Origin: Eledone cirrhosa
Lineage: Eukaryota
Direction: 5' to 3'
NCBI GenBank assembly: GCA_964016885.1
Contig: OZ024740.1
Coordinates: 291,214,001-291,278,000 of the forward strand
DNA length: 64,000 nucleotides
The position numbers were made by a program, and so were the translations under genes. Of the stretch, positions 10,249 to 22,699 are shown one piece after another. The notes below the pieces were generated by a model. The model made no database searches. It was given only the letters and a program-made list of their open reading frames with translations, and was not told where the DNA came from. Positions within the stretch are counted from its first letter, which is position 1. Each line of letters begins with the position of its first letter.

Positions 10249-10957
10249 GCTGTCCAACCGTCACATTAAACATGTCAATATCAAGATTGTCAAAGATAGT
10301 CAAGGCCAAGACTCATTTTGTTTACTCTATGAACTTGGTAATTTTAAATCATTGGCTGCATTAATTGAATACTATAAAGTTCATCCAATTGACAACATTG
10401 AAAAGGTGAAGGATGTCAAACTACTTCACCCTATTATGAGAAGTAATTGGGAATCTAATAACATTATGGAGGGTGTTGGTGAAAATTTCCATGGTCCTCT
10501 AGGTTTTAAAACAAATATTAATCAACAGTTAACTGCACCTGATAATAACCTTTTCCTTGAAAGTCGTCCTCCTGCTGCAGTTCCAGCTTCTTTAAATCAG
10601 CAACCAGGAGTGGATACAACACAATCCAATTTTTACTACACCTATGTACAAAATATGAATGAAGATCGTAGTCGCCTTTTATGGCAAACACTTAGAATGG
10701 AAGAAAGATGCATGTGTGGAATACGTATACAAGATTCACAACTCCCTGATAATTTTACAGTTCACCAAATACAAGATTCAAATGGTTGGAGACTCTATTT
10801 CCAGGACCAGAATAAAGTCACATCATGGGTTCTACCTGATCATATTATTGAGAAATTGGAACCATTTCACTGGAATAATTTGTCAAAGCTTTATTCCCCC
10901 AAACCGTTACCTGAGTGGCTCCAAATTAAAAGAGCCATTTTACTCAGCAAAAAATGA
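10249..10957 (+). CDS. Terminal coding exon of the SH2 gene: SH2 C-terminal half, linker and WW-like domain
   Basis: Acceptor ttttcttttcaattgtag. Reads LSNRHIKHVNIKIVKD...FKSLAALIEYYKVHP (SH2 beta-D to alpha-B) in frame with ORF 10352-10957. The later segment LPDNFTVHQIQDSNGWRLYFQDQNKVTSWVLP resembles a WW domain. Confidence 0.8.
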
Positions 10958-11554
10958 TCGCTGATTCTGTGATAGATTATTTGGATTATATTTATTTTAC
11001 CATTGTTGCCAGTGTCTGTGTGTCACCTGTCACCTGTTACCTGTCACAATACTCTTCCTCTATTTTGTAATTATTATACATTGTTTTTGTTTGGTTTTCT
11101 AACTGTATGTTGCAATGAACATTAAATAACTATTTCTCCTTTTTTTTTCATTGTTGTTAAATATATTAAATTCTTAGTTTTAAGTTTCTTGTTATATTTC
11201 CCTGCAATAATTCATTCATTCTGCCATAAACCATTAACATTTTGAAACTTTTTTGTTTAAAAGTTCTTTTTTATGGCCGAAATATATGATTGTACAGATC
11301 ATAGTATCTCTTGAAGGAAGAAGAAATTCTGCTAGAATTGTTTTACTTTCATTCTTCCAGGATCAATAAAACACTTGTTTTCTACTATAGTTTTAGACTG
11401 ACCAATTGATACAGGCATCAATTGAACTGACACTTTACCATCCAAAAGTAATGGTATTTTTTTGTATTTTTTTAAAATAATTTATTGATCACTTTCAACA
11501 GACTGTTCCAAAGATTTTATTTGGTTAGTTTTCAAATATCAGGTATATTTTCAA

Positions 11555-12010
11555 GCTGACCTTGTGCAACTGAACCTCTCAAAGGCAATGACACAGGATT
11601 GAGATCTTTGGCGATACACAGTAATACAGAAGACAAGTCTTCCCATGTGCACAGACTTAAACGTACACCTAGTAGGAACTTCTTAACCACTATACTCCCA
11701 CCCACCCACTCCTGTCCACACCACCCTTACACTGTGAACAAAATATATCCAGCACACACTGCTAAGTGCTGTGTAGGTGTCATGACAAAAAGCACCCACC
11801 CCACACTGTAAAGTGGTCGTGTAGGAGTCACAGCTAAAAGCACGCAGCACACACTGTAAATGTGGTTGGCATTAGTAAGGGTATCTAGCTATAGAAACCT
11901 AACCAGAAAAGGTCCTATACGAATAAGACACAGGTACCTGACCCAACTTACCCCAAATGGGACACCCATCTAACGATGCATGTGTGAAAAATGGACATTA
12001 AACGATGAAT
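11555..12010 (+). mobile_element. Heavily 5'-truncated, diverged RTE 3' end
   Basis: Encodes a remnant of the RTE C-terminus (LSKAMTQD.DLWRY), followed by the RTE 3' UTR units. Confidence 0.7.
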
Positions 12011-12397
12011 TAAGAAGGATATATCTACTCAGATTTTCAACATAAAGTTATTAAATATTAGAAGGCCAATTTGAAACAAAAAAGAGAACCATAGCCTACT
12101 AATAAGACACAATGTTCTCATCAGTGGATTATCTCTATTTTCTGTTCAGAATTATATTTAATATCATCCAAAGTAAATATAGATTTCCAATCATTTGATG
12201 ATGTTTCAGGTATGGTTGTTGGGTAAAGAAGTTCACTTAGCAACCTTGTGGTTTTAGATTCTAACCCACTGTGTGGCACTTAGTGTGACTTCTACTATAG
12301 TCTTTGACTGTACAATGCCCTGTAAGTGAAATTTAGTAAATGGAAACTGTGCAGAAGCCTACTTTATGTATGTGTGTGTGTATATATATATATATAT

Positions 12398-12806
12398 CTT
12401 GCCCAATTGCACCTCTCAAAGGCGATGACACAGGACCAAGACCTCTGGCGTTATGCAGTAATACAGAAGACCCGACTTCCCACGGGTATAAGCCAAAGCT
12501 GAAGCATATAGATAATATGCCCTCACCCCCTCCCACTGCAAAGTGGTCGTGAAGGTGTCATAACAAAAAAGCACCCAGTCCACACTGCATAGTGGTCATG
12601 TAGGCACCATGGTAAAAAAGCACCCAGTACTCACTGTTAATGAGGTTGGTGTTAGGAAGGGCATCCAGCTGTAGAAACCAGGCCAAAATCAGTTCCCGTA
12701 TGAGTAAGACATGGTCACCCGACCTGGCATTGCCCACAACAGGATAACTCATCTAACCCATGCCAGCATGGAAAAATGGACGTTAAATGGTGATGATGAT
12801 AATGAT
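12398..12806 (+). mobile_element. 5'-truncated RTE 3' end
   Basis: LHLSKAMTQDQDLWRYAVIQKTRL remnant, 3' UTR and (TGA)n tail. Confidence 0.75.
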
Positions 12807-13087
12807 CTTCTTTCCTTGATGGGACTGAGGTGGGACTGAGGTCATCCTAGGTCAGCTATCTCAGAGGCATCATCATATGTAGAGCTGACCAGGTCAACCA
12901 ACTCAGGGACTCACTGACCATATACCAGGAGGAATCAGCAAAGCTTGGCCTTCAGGTGAGCTAATGTATGTCGGCGATGGCCCTGATCCTCCTCCATTTC
13001 ATATTGGCCCTGATGTCATGGAGTTTGTCAGCTCTTTCATTTACCTAGGCTTGACAGTCAGCAACAATATATATATATATATATATA

Positions 13088-14090
13088 TCATCATCATCAT
13101 CATCATCAACGTTTAACGTCCGTGTTCCACGCTTGCATGGGTTTGGACGGGGGTAGTCCCACTTGAGGCAAGAGTGGTTGCCTTGCTCGCATAGGACTAT
13201 CTGGCAGGTTTTCTACAGTTGGATGCCCTTCCTAACACCAACCACATTTACAGTGTGGGTCTGGGAGGTTTTTACCGTGTTGCCTACACGGCCACATTAC
13301 AGCGTGGACTGTGTGTTTTTTTGTCGTGACACCTACACGATCTCATTTGTTTCGGCCTGGATGGCGCGGCACCAACATAACTTTACATAGAACGGGGTGG
13401 TGTGGATGGGGTGGGGGTGGTGGGGTGTATTTTGTTAGAGATGCCTACTGGCTGTAGTAGGTTTTACTATGTATTTAGGTAAGGCGGGTCTTCTCTGTTA
13501 CTGAGTACCGCCAAAGGTCTCGGTCCAGTGACATTGTCTTGGTGAGGTGTAAGTGTGTGAGGTCGGAGTTTATCAGCTCGTCCCAGGTTTTTCTAGGTCT
13601 GCCTATTCCGTGGCTACCGTCTATCTTTATTGCCCTGCACTTTGTTATACAGCTATCGACTTTCATGCGCATCATGTGTCCATACCAACGTAGTCTTCTC
13701 TCGAGTAAACAACATCTGATCCCTCTTATTTCTAATTTTTTCCTTAGTTCGTTTATGCTTTGCCGTTCACGTATATTACTGTTACACATCCAGCGGAGCA
13801 TGCAAGCTTCGTTTCTCTCTAGTCTGCGTATATCCTCTGCACACAATGCCCAGGTCTCACTGCCATGCAACATTGCTGTTCGTATGCAGGCGTCGTACAA
13901 CCTGCCTTTCATTTTTAGGGAGAACCCTTTAGCGGCTAATAGTGGTATAAGCTCTCTGAACTTTTTCCAACCAGTTCTGACTCTAGCTACTGTACTATCA
14001 GAGCACCCTCCCCCACTGCTGATTTTATCGCCCAGGTAACGGAAGCTGTCCACTATTTCTATAGAACCCTCTGCGCAATTGAAAGAGCTA

Positions 14091-14091
<1 letters not shown>
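13088..14091 (-). mobile_element. 5'-truncated young copy of the same RTE LINE, inserted in a (TA)n microsatellite
   Basis: Nearly identical to 5296-6311. ORF 13475-14053 matches the C-terminus of the 1008-aa ORF, and (TA)n lies on both flanks. Confidence 0.95.
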
Positions 14092-14124
<33 letters not shown>

Positions 14125-14196
14125 CTCATATATGTGTGTAAGTGTGCGCACACGTGTGTTGGTCTCCACATATATCTATTTTCTCCATTTTTATAT

Positions 14197-14326
14197 CCCA
14201 AGTCATTTTCCATTTGCAAGTATATACCAGGGTTTTAAGGAAATTTTAGAACTGCACAAATCTTTAAGGCAATACTAAATTTCCTTAAAACCCTGGTATA
14301 TAATTGAAAATGGAAAATGACTTGGG
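14197..14326. repeat. Inverted repeat (~52-bp arms, ~25-nt spacer)
   Basis: CCCAAGTCATTTTCCATTT...TATATACCAGGGTTTTAAGGAAATTT pairs with AAATTTCCTTAAAACCCTGGTATATA...AAATGGAAAATGACTTGGG. Confidence 0.85.
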
Positions 14327-14595
14327 CTAATGACTGAAAAAATATAATTGCAAATATAAGTGGCTGAAATAGGGTTCCTCCAAAGGATCTTTGGTGTAAC
14401 ATTACTCAATAGAGTGCATAACCTGGAGATCAGAGAGTTACTCCAGGTAGAGCCATTACTTCTCCAAATTGAGGAATCAGAGCTCCGACACTATGAGGGT
14501 TAGAATATCTCAGGAAAGAATCACTGGACAGATTTCATGAGCAAAACCACCCAGCAGGAGATCACCCAGGGGTAGACCCTGAGCAAGATGGTTTC
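14325..14595 (+). mobile_element. Fragment of the Rex3/Expander-like RTE family (3' region)
   Basis: Aligns by eye with 21760-22025. Confidence 0.65.
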
Positions 14596-14602
14596 ATTAT
14601 AT

Positions 14603-14684
14603 CTGCTATAGACATTCTATTTCTTGTTTCCAATACAAAGCCTTAACTTTTGTATCAAAAACAAGAAATAGAATGTATTTAGCA
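14603..14684. repeat. ~80-nt imperfect hairpin
   Basis: ACATTCTATTTCTTGTTT..ATACAAAG pairs with CTTTTGTAT..AAACAAGAAATAGAATGT around a short loop. Confidence 0.75.
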
Positions 14685-15658
14685 GTGATTATTTTACTTT
14701 ACAGTTGAACCCTGCTTGTGTAGTTTTAAATCTAATTTTGTGCAGTTCTAAATTTAATTCTATGTTGTAAATTTATGACAGTCTAATTTGATAAATTGTT
14801 TCCTACATATATCATAGGAATGGTTCATATATACAGCAAGACATTCAAACCATGATGATACCATCATTTTTCGGGTAGTATGCATCCCAGACCACATTAT
14901 TCAATGTATCTTTCCTCCTTTTAAGACAGTGGAGATTTGGCTGCTATTTCTAGCTGATTGAATGTCCAGGTGGAGGCTGCTTTTGGCTTGACTTACTACT
15001 AGAGAATTTATTGAAGAGTTTTGACAACTTCAATTGCCATGAGATGTGAAACACATAACAGCTCTTTCTCTTTATCTTAGAGAGAGGGGGAGTTAGAAAT
15101 GTAGGTCATGTGATGAACTCAGGGGAAGGAAGCTAAGAATTGGATGGTGAAGGATGTGGTAGCAAGAGTCAATTCCTCCAGACGGGTAAATGGAAAAGGT
15201 AAATCAAGAGAACTGGAAACAACAAACATCATCATCATTGGTTTTATGGTAGATTTTCTATGTTGGCATCAGGTGGAATTCAACAGCAGGATCCCCTTTC
15301 TGATTCTGACCTTCTCTTTTTTAAGTAAGGTACAAATTTTCACATGTCTAACCACTGAGCAAGAGTCAATATCACTGCTTGTGATGTCAAACGCAGAGAA
15401 GAGAGAGATAGACATATACATAGACATGCTTGCACACACACACACATATATATATATATACATGCCTGCACACACACACACACATATATATGTGTGTGTG
15501 CCCTGGGTTCAATTGGGGGGGGGGGGGGTAACCACAGTAAGGGACTCAATTCATAGTAAAGTATATACAATATTTCAGGAAATCATCAGGAAAGGGCTTT
15601 CCTGATGATTTCCCTCGATTTAAACAGCTCTAGTCCTGTAGAAGCCATTTATATATTA

Positions 15659-15712
<54 letters not shown>

Positions 15713-15759
15713 TTACACATAGACATAGCTGCATATATATATATACATAGACCTAGCTG

Positions 15760-15791
<32 letters not shown>

Positions 15792-16113
15792 CACTTACAT
15801 AGACAGACATAGCTGTACACATATGTACATACATATACACAGCTACACACATATATACATACATATACATAGATATGCCTACACACATACATACATACAT
15901 AAACATAAACATGCCTACACACATATATACATACGTATATAAATATATCTATGATAGGCTTCTATACTATTTCCTTCTACCAAATTCACTCAGAAGGCAT
16001 TGGTTAGCTGAAGGTTATAGTAAAAGACACTTGCCTAAGAAACCCGCCCCTACATTAAGATAGACCATGTAGTTACGAAGCCAACTTCTTAACCCCAGTT
16101 ACATGTAAATAAT

Positions 16114-16296
16114 TGTTTTTACATTTGGGACAAGGCCAGCAATTACCCAGTGCATTACTGGTACTTTATTTTATCGACACCGTAAGGATGAAAGGCAAAG
16201 TGAACCTCGATGGGATTTGAACTCAGACCGTAAAGGGACGTAACTATGCTGGAAAGCATGGCGTCCGACCTTCTACTGATACTGCCAATCCACCGC
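16114..16296 (-). mobile_element. SINE family A with 14-bp TSD, followed by an older copy at ~16310-16515
   Basis: TSD TACATGTAAATAAT at 16100-16113 and 16297-16310. Confidence 0.9.
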
Positions 16297-16739
16297 TACA
16301 TGTAAATAATGGTTTCTGATTTAGGAACAAGGCCAACAGTTTTGGGGAAGGGAGAGTCAAATTGATCCGAGTGTGACTGGTATTTTTTTTTATCAACCCC
16401 AGTAAGGATGAAAACCAGAGCTAACCTTGGCTGGATTTGAACTCAATTTAAAGAGTAACTGTATGCTGTAAAGCATGTTGCCTGACGCTCTACCGATTCT
16501 GCCAATCCACTGCCAATAGTAATATAGGATAAGTGTAAACCATACAGGGACTTCATCTTATATTTCATTCAGAATCAATAAAGTAGAACAAACATTTTTG
16601 AGTGAGAATCTTGTCTAATTTAGAAGACGAGGGATTGACATATTCATCTTATGTTAGTTACATCTATCTATAACTTCACCAAGCTGAAAAGGGAAAACCG
16701 ATCAAGTACCGGCTGTTCTCTGATAGGTTTGTAGTAGAG

Positions 16740-17030
16740 CCTTGTGGCTGTGGAGACTGCCAGCATTCTTGGCCCTGGAGCACATCCCTACTCACTGCTA
16801 TTGCAGCAGAGTTGGCTGCCTACAGGTGCAAGCCCCGGGAGGTGGAGTGGCTTCTTGTCAAACTTGTAGCAGTGGAGACTTCCAGCGTTCTTGGCCCCCA
16901 GGCCACATCCCTACTCACTGCTATCATAGCAGAATTGAATGCCTGCAGGTGCAAACCCTGCAAGGTGGAGTGGTTGTTCCAGCATGTCTCCCTTATAAAG
17001 TAATTTCCATCTTCTCGGCTGGGACTGTGA
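16740..17030 (+). mobile_element. CRE-like retrotransposon RLE-domain 3' fragment, internally duplicated (~123 bp)
   Basis: Translates as VAVETSSVLGPQATSLL...REVEWLFQHVSL, matching VAFETFG...EGAWLFQRISLAI of the element at 37160-37320. The segment is present twice in tandem. Confidence 0.6.
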
Positions 17031-17895
17031 GGCAGAGGGTAAGGTAGTTGGAAGTGGAGGATACTGGTTCGGATATCACACAGATGCACACATACATAAA
17101 ACATATAAAAAGAAAGAAATAACTGCGCTACCATCGATACACCCTTGACAGTTATTGTTGTTGCTGTAGACAAATCCATCTGCTGCAACAACCAAATTTT
17201 AAGGTTGACCCCTACTGCTAAAACTACAGACCTCACCAAATATAACTATTTCAATAACCATTGTCTTCTCATTAATATTATCAACAGAATCAGGCTTTAT
17301 ATGAAATGCTTTACAGTGTTTAGTTATAGCACTTTCAAAGTTCGAATCTCACTAGATTTTAGTTTGTTTATCACCATTCCACATTTCCACAAATACTGGG
17401 AACAATATAATTGGCAGTTCACCTCTTGCCTCAAATTCGAGATCTTGTACATATGTAAGGTAAAACTAAAGGGTCCTTAACTCATAATGGAATCAGAGGG
17501 ATGCCATCCTGACATACAGCGTCTCTTAGACATTTTAAACCTGGCGGAGCCTGTCCTTCTCCAGGCTGGACACAGCTGATTTCTTCCAAAGAAAGAAGAA
17601 AAAAGAGAGAGAGACACCGAGATAAAAAAAAAGATATAGAACCAAACTACCCAAATACAAGATTGGTGCTTTAGTTATCAACCTCAAAAAGATGAAAAGT
17701 AAAGTTGACTCCCATGGGATTTGAACACAGTGAACTGGAACAAATTCTGAGGCATTTTTAATCCAATACCCTAATGACTTTGCCAATTCAACACTTTGTA
17801 TGTATGTATAAGAAATGTATATTTATTTCTGTAACCTCTAAGAATATTTATTTTCTCTTGAAATATGTTGCACATTGAGTCAGCTGTGGACAGTT

Positions 17896-18094
17896 TAACC
17901 TTTTAACATTTACATTACTCTAAATATACTATTGTATTTTCACGGTAAAGGCTTTACCTCACATAATATCGAATCTATGAGATTTTGATATTATTTATTT
18001 TGAGAACAATACCTTAACATCAGTATGAATGGCCAGTTACAACCGGTGAGAGAATTCTGGCTGGATATGGCCAGTTTAAATGCTAAAGGGTTAA
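17896..18094. mobile_element. piggyBac-like MITE (TTAA-flanked)
   Basis: TTAA-CCTTTTAACATTTA ... TAAATGCTAAAGGG-TTAA. A close copy lies at 53079-53304. Confidence 0.7.
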
Positions 18095-18653
18095 ATAATA
18101 TATCAATCAAGCCCCCACTTAACCCTACTCCAGAAATAGAGAGAAAGGTTGTGACTGGTCTTCTAGAAGAAGTTACTGACCCCTCACTTAACCCTACTCC
18201 AGAAATAAAGAGATGATGACTGGCTTCACACAACTCTTCTCAAAACACAACATCGCCAATTCCAAGATGGAGAAAAAGAGGGAGCAGAGCAAAAAGATTT
18301 GACTCTTAGTACTTGACAGGTACTTTATTTATTGACCCTCAGAAAGATAACATAATTTGAATTTGGTGGGATTTGAACTCATATCACAGAAATTCTGTCT
18401 GACACTTTATCAACTCAGTCAATTTATTGCCTTATTTTCCTGAAATACTAATTTGTTATGATCACAGCATCAATGTAGGTCTGTCTCTCTCTCTCTTGTT
18501 GATACAATTGTATAGAGTAAGATTTACCATTTTTTTTTTTTTTTTTTAATACGCAGAAATGCCCATTTGTACCGTCCTGTGTTGTCCTTAATGTTTTACT
18601 TTGTGTAAACCCTTGTGGTTAATAAAGAAAGCATTATTCTGTTAAAATAGAAT

Positions 18654-18955
18654 GGTGGATTGGCAGAGTTGTTAGAAGGGCAAACAAATACTTAGCAATA
18701 TTCATTCCTATTCTTTACATTCTGAGGTCAAACACTTCCATGGTCAATTATGCCTTTTATCCTTCTAGGGTCAACAAAATACCAGTAAAATACTGGGATT
18801 TATTTAATCAACTTTACATTCTGAGGTCAAACACTTCCATGGTCAATTATGCCTTTTATCCTTCTAGGGTCAACAAAATACCAGTAAAATACTGGGATTT
18901 ATTTAATCAACTTTCCTCTCTACCAAACTGTTGACCTGCCGAAGTTAGGAATCAT
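18654..18955 (+). mobile_element. SINE family A copy with a 99-bp internal tandem duplication
   Basis: CTTTACATTCTGAGGTCAAAC starts at 18713 and 18812, giving two apparently identical units. Confidence 0.8.
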
Positions 18956-19635
18956 TTTTCTGCTAAAATCTAAAAAGTGTGTTGGTTTGAATTAGGAGTT
19001 ATTTTGTCTTAATTATTATTATTTGTATATTTCTAATTTTGGTACAATTGAATTAATCAGCCGCATATTACTGGTATTACTTTATCAACCTCTGTGGAGA
19101 TGAAAGTAAAAATCAGTCTAGGTGGTATTACAACTCAGAACATAAAGGGAGGTAACTATTAATAATTATATATTTTCTCCCAAAACTACCAAAACACATT
19201 TATTTGTATATGCACTACAATTTATGTACATGTTATGTTTTTTATATCTTGGTTGATAATTGATAATAACAGCTAAACTAATCACTTACAACTAAATTGA
19301 CCCCCACCACACCCCAATTCAGAAATCCTTTCACTGCACCAGAGATAAATGTAAACACTTTAAAACAGACAGTTTTGTATAGTAAAACCAGAAGCGGTTT
19401 GAGGTAGGTTGGTATCAAAAGGTTTAAGTCTATTCCCAATATGTAATTAGTTCTTGACTTATCAAACATGGAAGGATGAAAGTAAAATCTTCCCTGGTAG
19501 GATTTGAACTTTAACAATTATTGATCGATGCCAGATACCAATCATCATAATTTGTGTTCAATACCTACATTAGGTTATTGTAACATAACAAGAAACTTAC
19601 TCTACTTTTGCATGTATATATAAGTGTCTGTGTGA

Positions 19636-20380
19636 GGCAAGGAATTGACAGTCATTAGAACATTGGATAAAATGCTTTGTGGTACTCATTTAGCTCTCTA
19701 TTCTCTCAGTTCAAATCTGCTGAGGTCAACTTTGCCATTCATTCATTTGAGGTTGATATAAAAAGTACCAGTCTAGTACTGGGGTCAATTCTTCCTCTAT
19801 ATCTCTTTCTCATTTCCATTCTCTCATTATCTCTATCCTTCTCTGGGGGGGAAATCTGCTGTATCCAGACTGGAGAGGAAAGTGGCTCTGCCAGGTTTAA
19901 AAATGCCCTAGAAATATCATATGTCAATGTGGTGCCCCTACAGCTCCCTTAGGAGTCATAGGACTGACTATGCAGGCATGCATAAGTGTCAATACCATAC
20001 CATTTATCTTGCTTCTAGAAATCTGGAAAATCCTGAAAACTGGCTATTTTTGGAAACTGTTAAATATGATAATGTTTTTTACTTTTCTTCATATGTATGT
20101 GTGGACCTGAAACTCCTGGTAGGGTTAGGTGCTGTGGTGACATGCAGTATTTCTAGAACATTTTAAAACCTAGTGGAGCCCATCCCTCTTCAGCTCTGAA
20201 CACAGCCCATTTATTCCAGAGAATGAGAAAGAGATATAGAGGAAGAATCAACCTTGTACTAGACTGGTACTTTTTTCATTGACCTTGAAAGGATAAAAGG
20301 CAAAGTTGACCTCAGTAAAATTTGAACTTGAAGTGCAGAGAACCAGATGTTCTAATGACTCTGCCAATTTGCTGCCTCTT
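19636..20380. mobile_element. Two extended SINE-A copies in inverted (tail-to-tail) orientation
   Basis: 19636-19990 on + and ~20140-20380 on - share the core and the tail. Confidence 0.65.
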
Positions 20381-21388
20381 TCTTAATTTAATTTCATCCT
20401 GTATATTATTATGGTATTCTATCTTAGTCTTAGTCCTGCACTGAGTAGTGCATTGGGTGACAAGCATCTTTCAATGCACACAATCTACAATCATTAATTC
20501 ATATCTGTTCCAAGTGATGTTGATGGTCTTGAAATATCCACTGCCAGGTGATCTTCAATCTGGCCCTTTTCCTTTTGCTTTCAGGTATTTTAAGAATTGC
20601 ATCACTTTAAAGTTCTAGTGGTATCCAAATAGTTCTCTCCTACCTGCCCTTAAATGTTTCTGATCTTTTATTATTTATTTCATTTATTTTGGTTATAGCG
20701 GTGCCCCAGCATGGCCTCAGTCGGCTGGCTGGAACATATAATAAAGTAACAGAGTATGTCCAGTAATGATTGTTACAACATGTGAGCAATCACAGTTATG
20801 AAATAGATCAATAGAAGAGAGTGAATGACAAACATATTGTGTTTAATTTGTACCTGAACCTGTTAAATAAAATTATTGTACCTCTTAAATACAGTTCTGT
20901 TCTTTACTTTGAATTGTTTATTTTATATTTTAAGTATCCAGAAATTTGCAAAACCTTTGGTTCCAAGCTTGCTGGTTAAATGGTTCAGCATCTATTTATC
21001 TGTCTGTCTATCCATCTGCCTGTATATATGTATATATGTATGTGTGTATATATGTATGTACGTATGTATGTACAAAAGAATGTACGTATGCATGTTGCAT
21101 GTAGGTATGCATGTATATATGTTGTATGTTGTGAGTATGTGTGTTACATGATTTTGCTGAACAGAAAATATGAGAATACTTTATTTTCACCTGTTAGAAC
21201 TCCCATTAGGATTTCTAAATTCATTTAAAATTACATATTTTAATTGAATAATTATTTCTAACATTACCCAGCAATTTGGGGGAATGGAATAGTAGATAAT
21301 ATCAACGCCAGTACTTAATTTTATCAACCCCAGAAGGATGAAAGGCAAAGTTGAACTTAGAATACACAAAATTGTAACTAAATACCAC

Positions 21389-22165
21389 GAAAACCAAATT
21401 GAAGATAATGAGTTTGGATTTTACACCTATCTCCCTTCTTCTGATTACTGAATGCTTAAGATGGCACATTACTGCACCAGCTTTTGCAATTCTTGCATTT
21501 AATTCAACCTCTTGCCTTCCATCACTCATGAACATGACCCCGAGATACTTGAACTTCTCTACCCATTTCAGTGGAACTCCATTCACATGTAGAGTACACT
21601 GCGTAAGCTTCCTTGAGAGGACAAGCGTCTCAGTTTTCGCAGCACTGATTTTCATTCCAGCCATGCAGTACTTGGCATCAAATCTATCAAGTGCAAGTCG
21701 AAGATCATCTACATTTTGGTTTTTGTGCTAAACCTTACCTATGGTCATCAATCTGGGGTAATGACCAAAAGAATACAATCATGAATATAAGAGGCCAAAA
21801 TGGGATTCTTCCAAAGGGTCTTTGGAGTAACATTATTCCATAAAGTGCATAGCTCAGAGATCAGAGAGTCACTCCAGGTAGAGCCGCTACTTCTCTGAAT
21901 TGAGAGATCACAGTTCCAATACTATGGGAATATGGTTAGAATGTCTCAGGAAAGAATCGCTGGACAGATTTTACGGGTAAAACCAACCGGCATGAGACCC
22001 AGGGGTAGACCCTGAGCAAGATGGTTGGATAACATCCATGAGCTTGGCTGGTCTCGCTTGGGGATCCAGTAAAAGATGGTTGCTTCTGATAGGACCCACT
22101 GGAAGGAGTGTTTAAGGACTTTGCCCTCACAATCCACTCAGGAATAAGTGGGGGAAAAAGAAGAA
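21389..22165 (+). mobile_element. Rex3/Expander-like RTE LINE 3' portion with an inverted 5' segment
   Basis: 21389-21720 on - encodes GMKISAAKTETLVLS...FKYLGV...KLIIFNLVFV. 21731 onward on + continues TLTYGH and ends in (GAA)n. Candidate TSD GTAACnnnATACCAC at 21374-21388 and 22166-22180. Confidence 0.8.
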
Positions 22166-22185
22166 GTAACCTTATACCACAAAGT

Positions 22186-22447
22186 ATTTTATCTACCCTC
22201 TAACATACTACCAACCCACTACAATTTTATCTGACCCTCTAACAATACTACCAACCCACCACCATTTTATCTGACCCTCTAACATACTACCAACCCACTA
22301 CCATTTTATCTGACCCTCTAACATAATACTACCAACCCACCACCATTTTATCTGACTCTCTAACATACTACCAGCCCACCACCATTTTATCTGACCCTCT
22401 AACAATACTACCAACCTACTACCATTTTATCTGACTCTCTAACACAC
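22186..22447. repeat. 39-42 bp minisatellite, ~6.5 copies
   Basis: Unit TTTTATCTGACCCTCTAACATACTACCAACCCACTACCA. Confidence 0.9.
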
Positions 22448-22699
22448 TAGCTTATACCAATAGCTTATAATTGTTTCTACTTTGGGCACAAGGCCAGCAA
22501 ATACCCAGTACATTAATGGTACTTTATTTTATCAACCCCGTAAGGATGAAAAGCAAAGTTAACCTCAGCGAGATTTGAACAATAGCTTATGATAATAGCT
22601 GATAACAATAGCTTATAGCAATAACTTTATACCAAAGCTTATAACAATAGATTATAGTAATACCTTATAACAAAAGCTTATAGTAATAGCTTATAGTAA

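Noticed and set aside
22186-22447. 39-bp minisatellite as a trimer of the 13-bp monomer
   Set aside because: The length fits 3x13, but the sequence shows no convincing similarity to AATAGCTTATACC.
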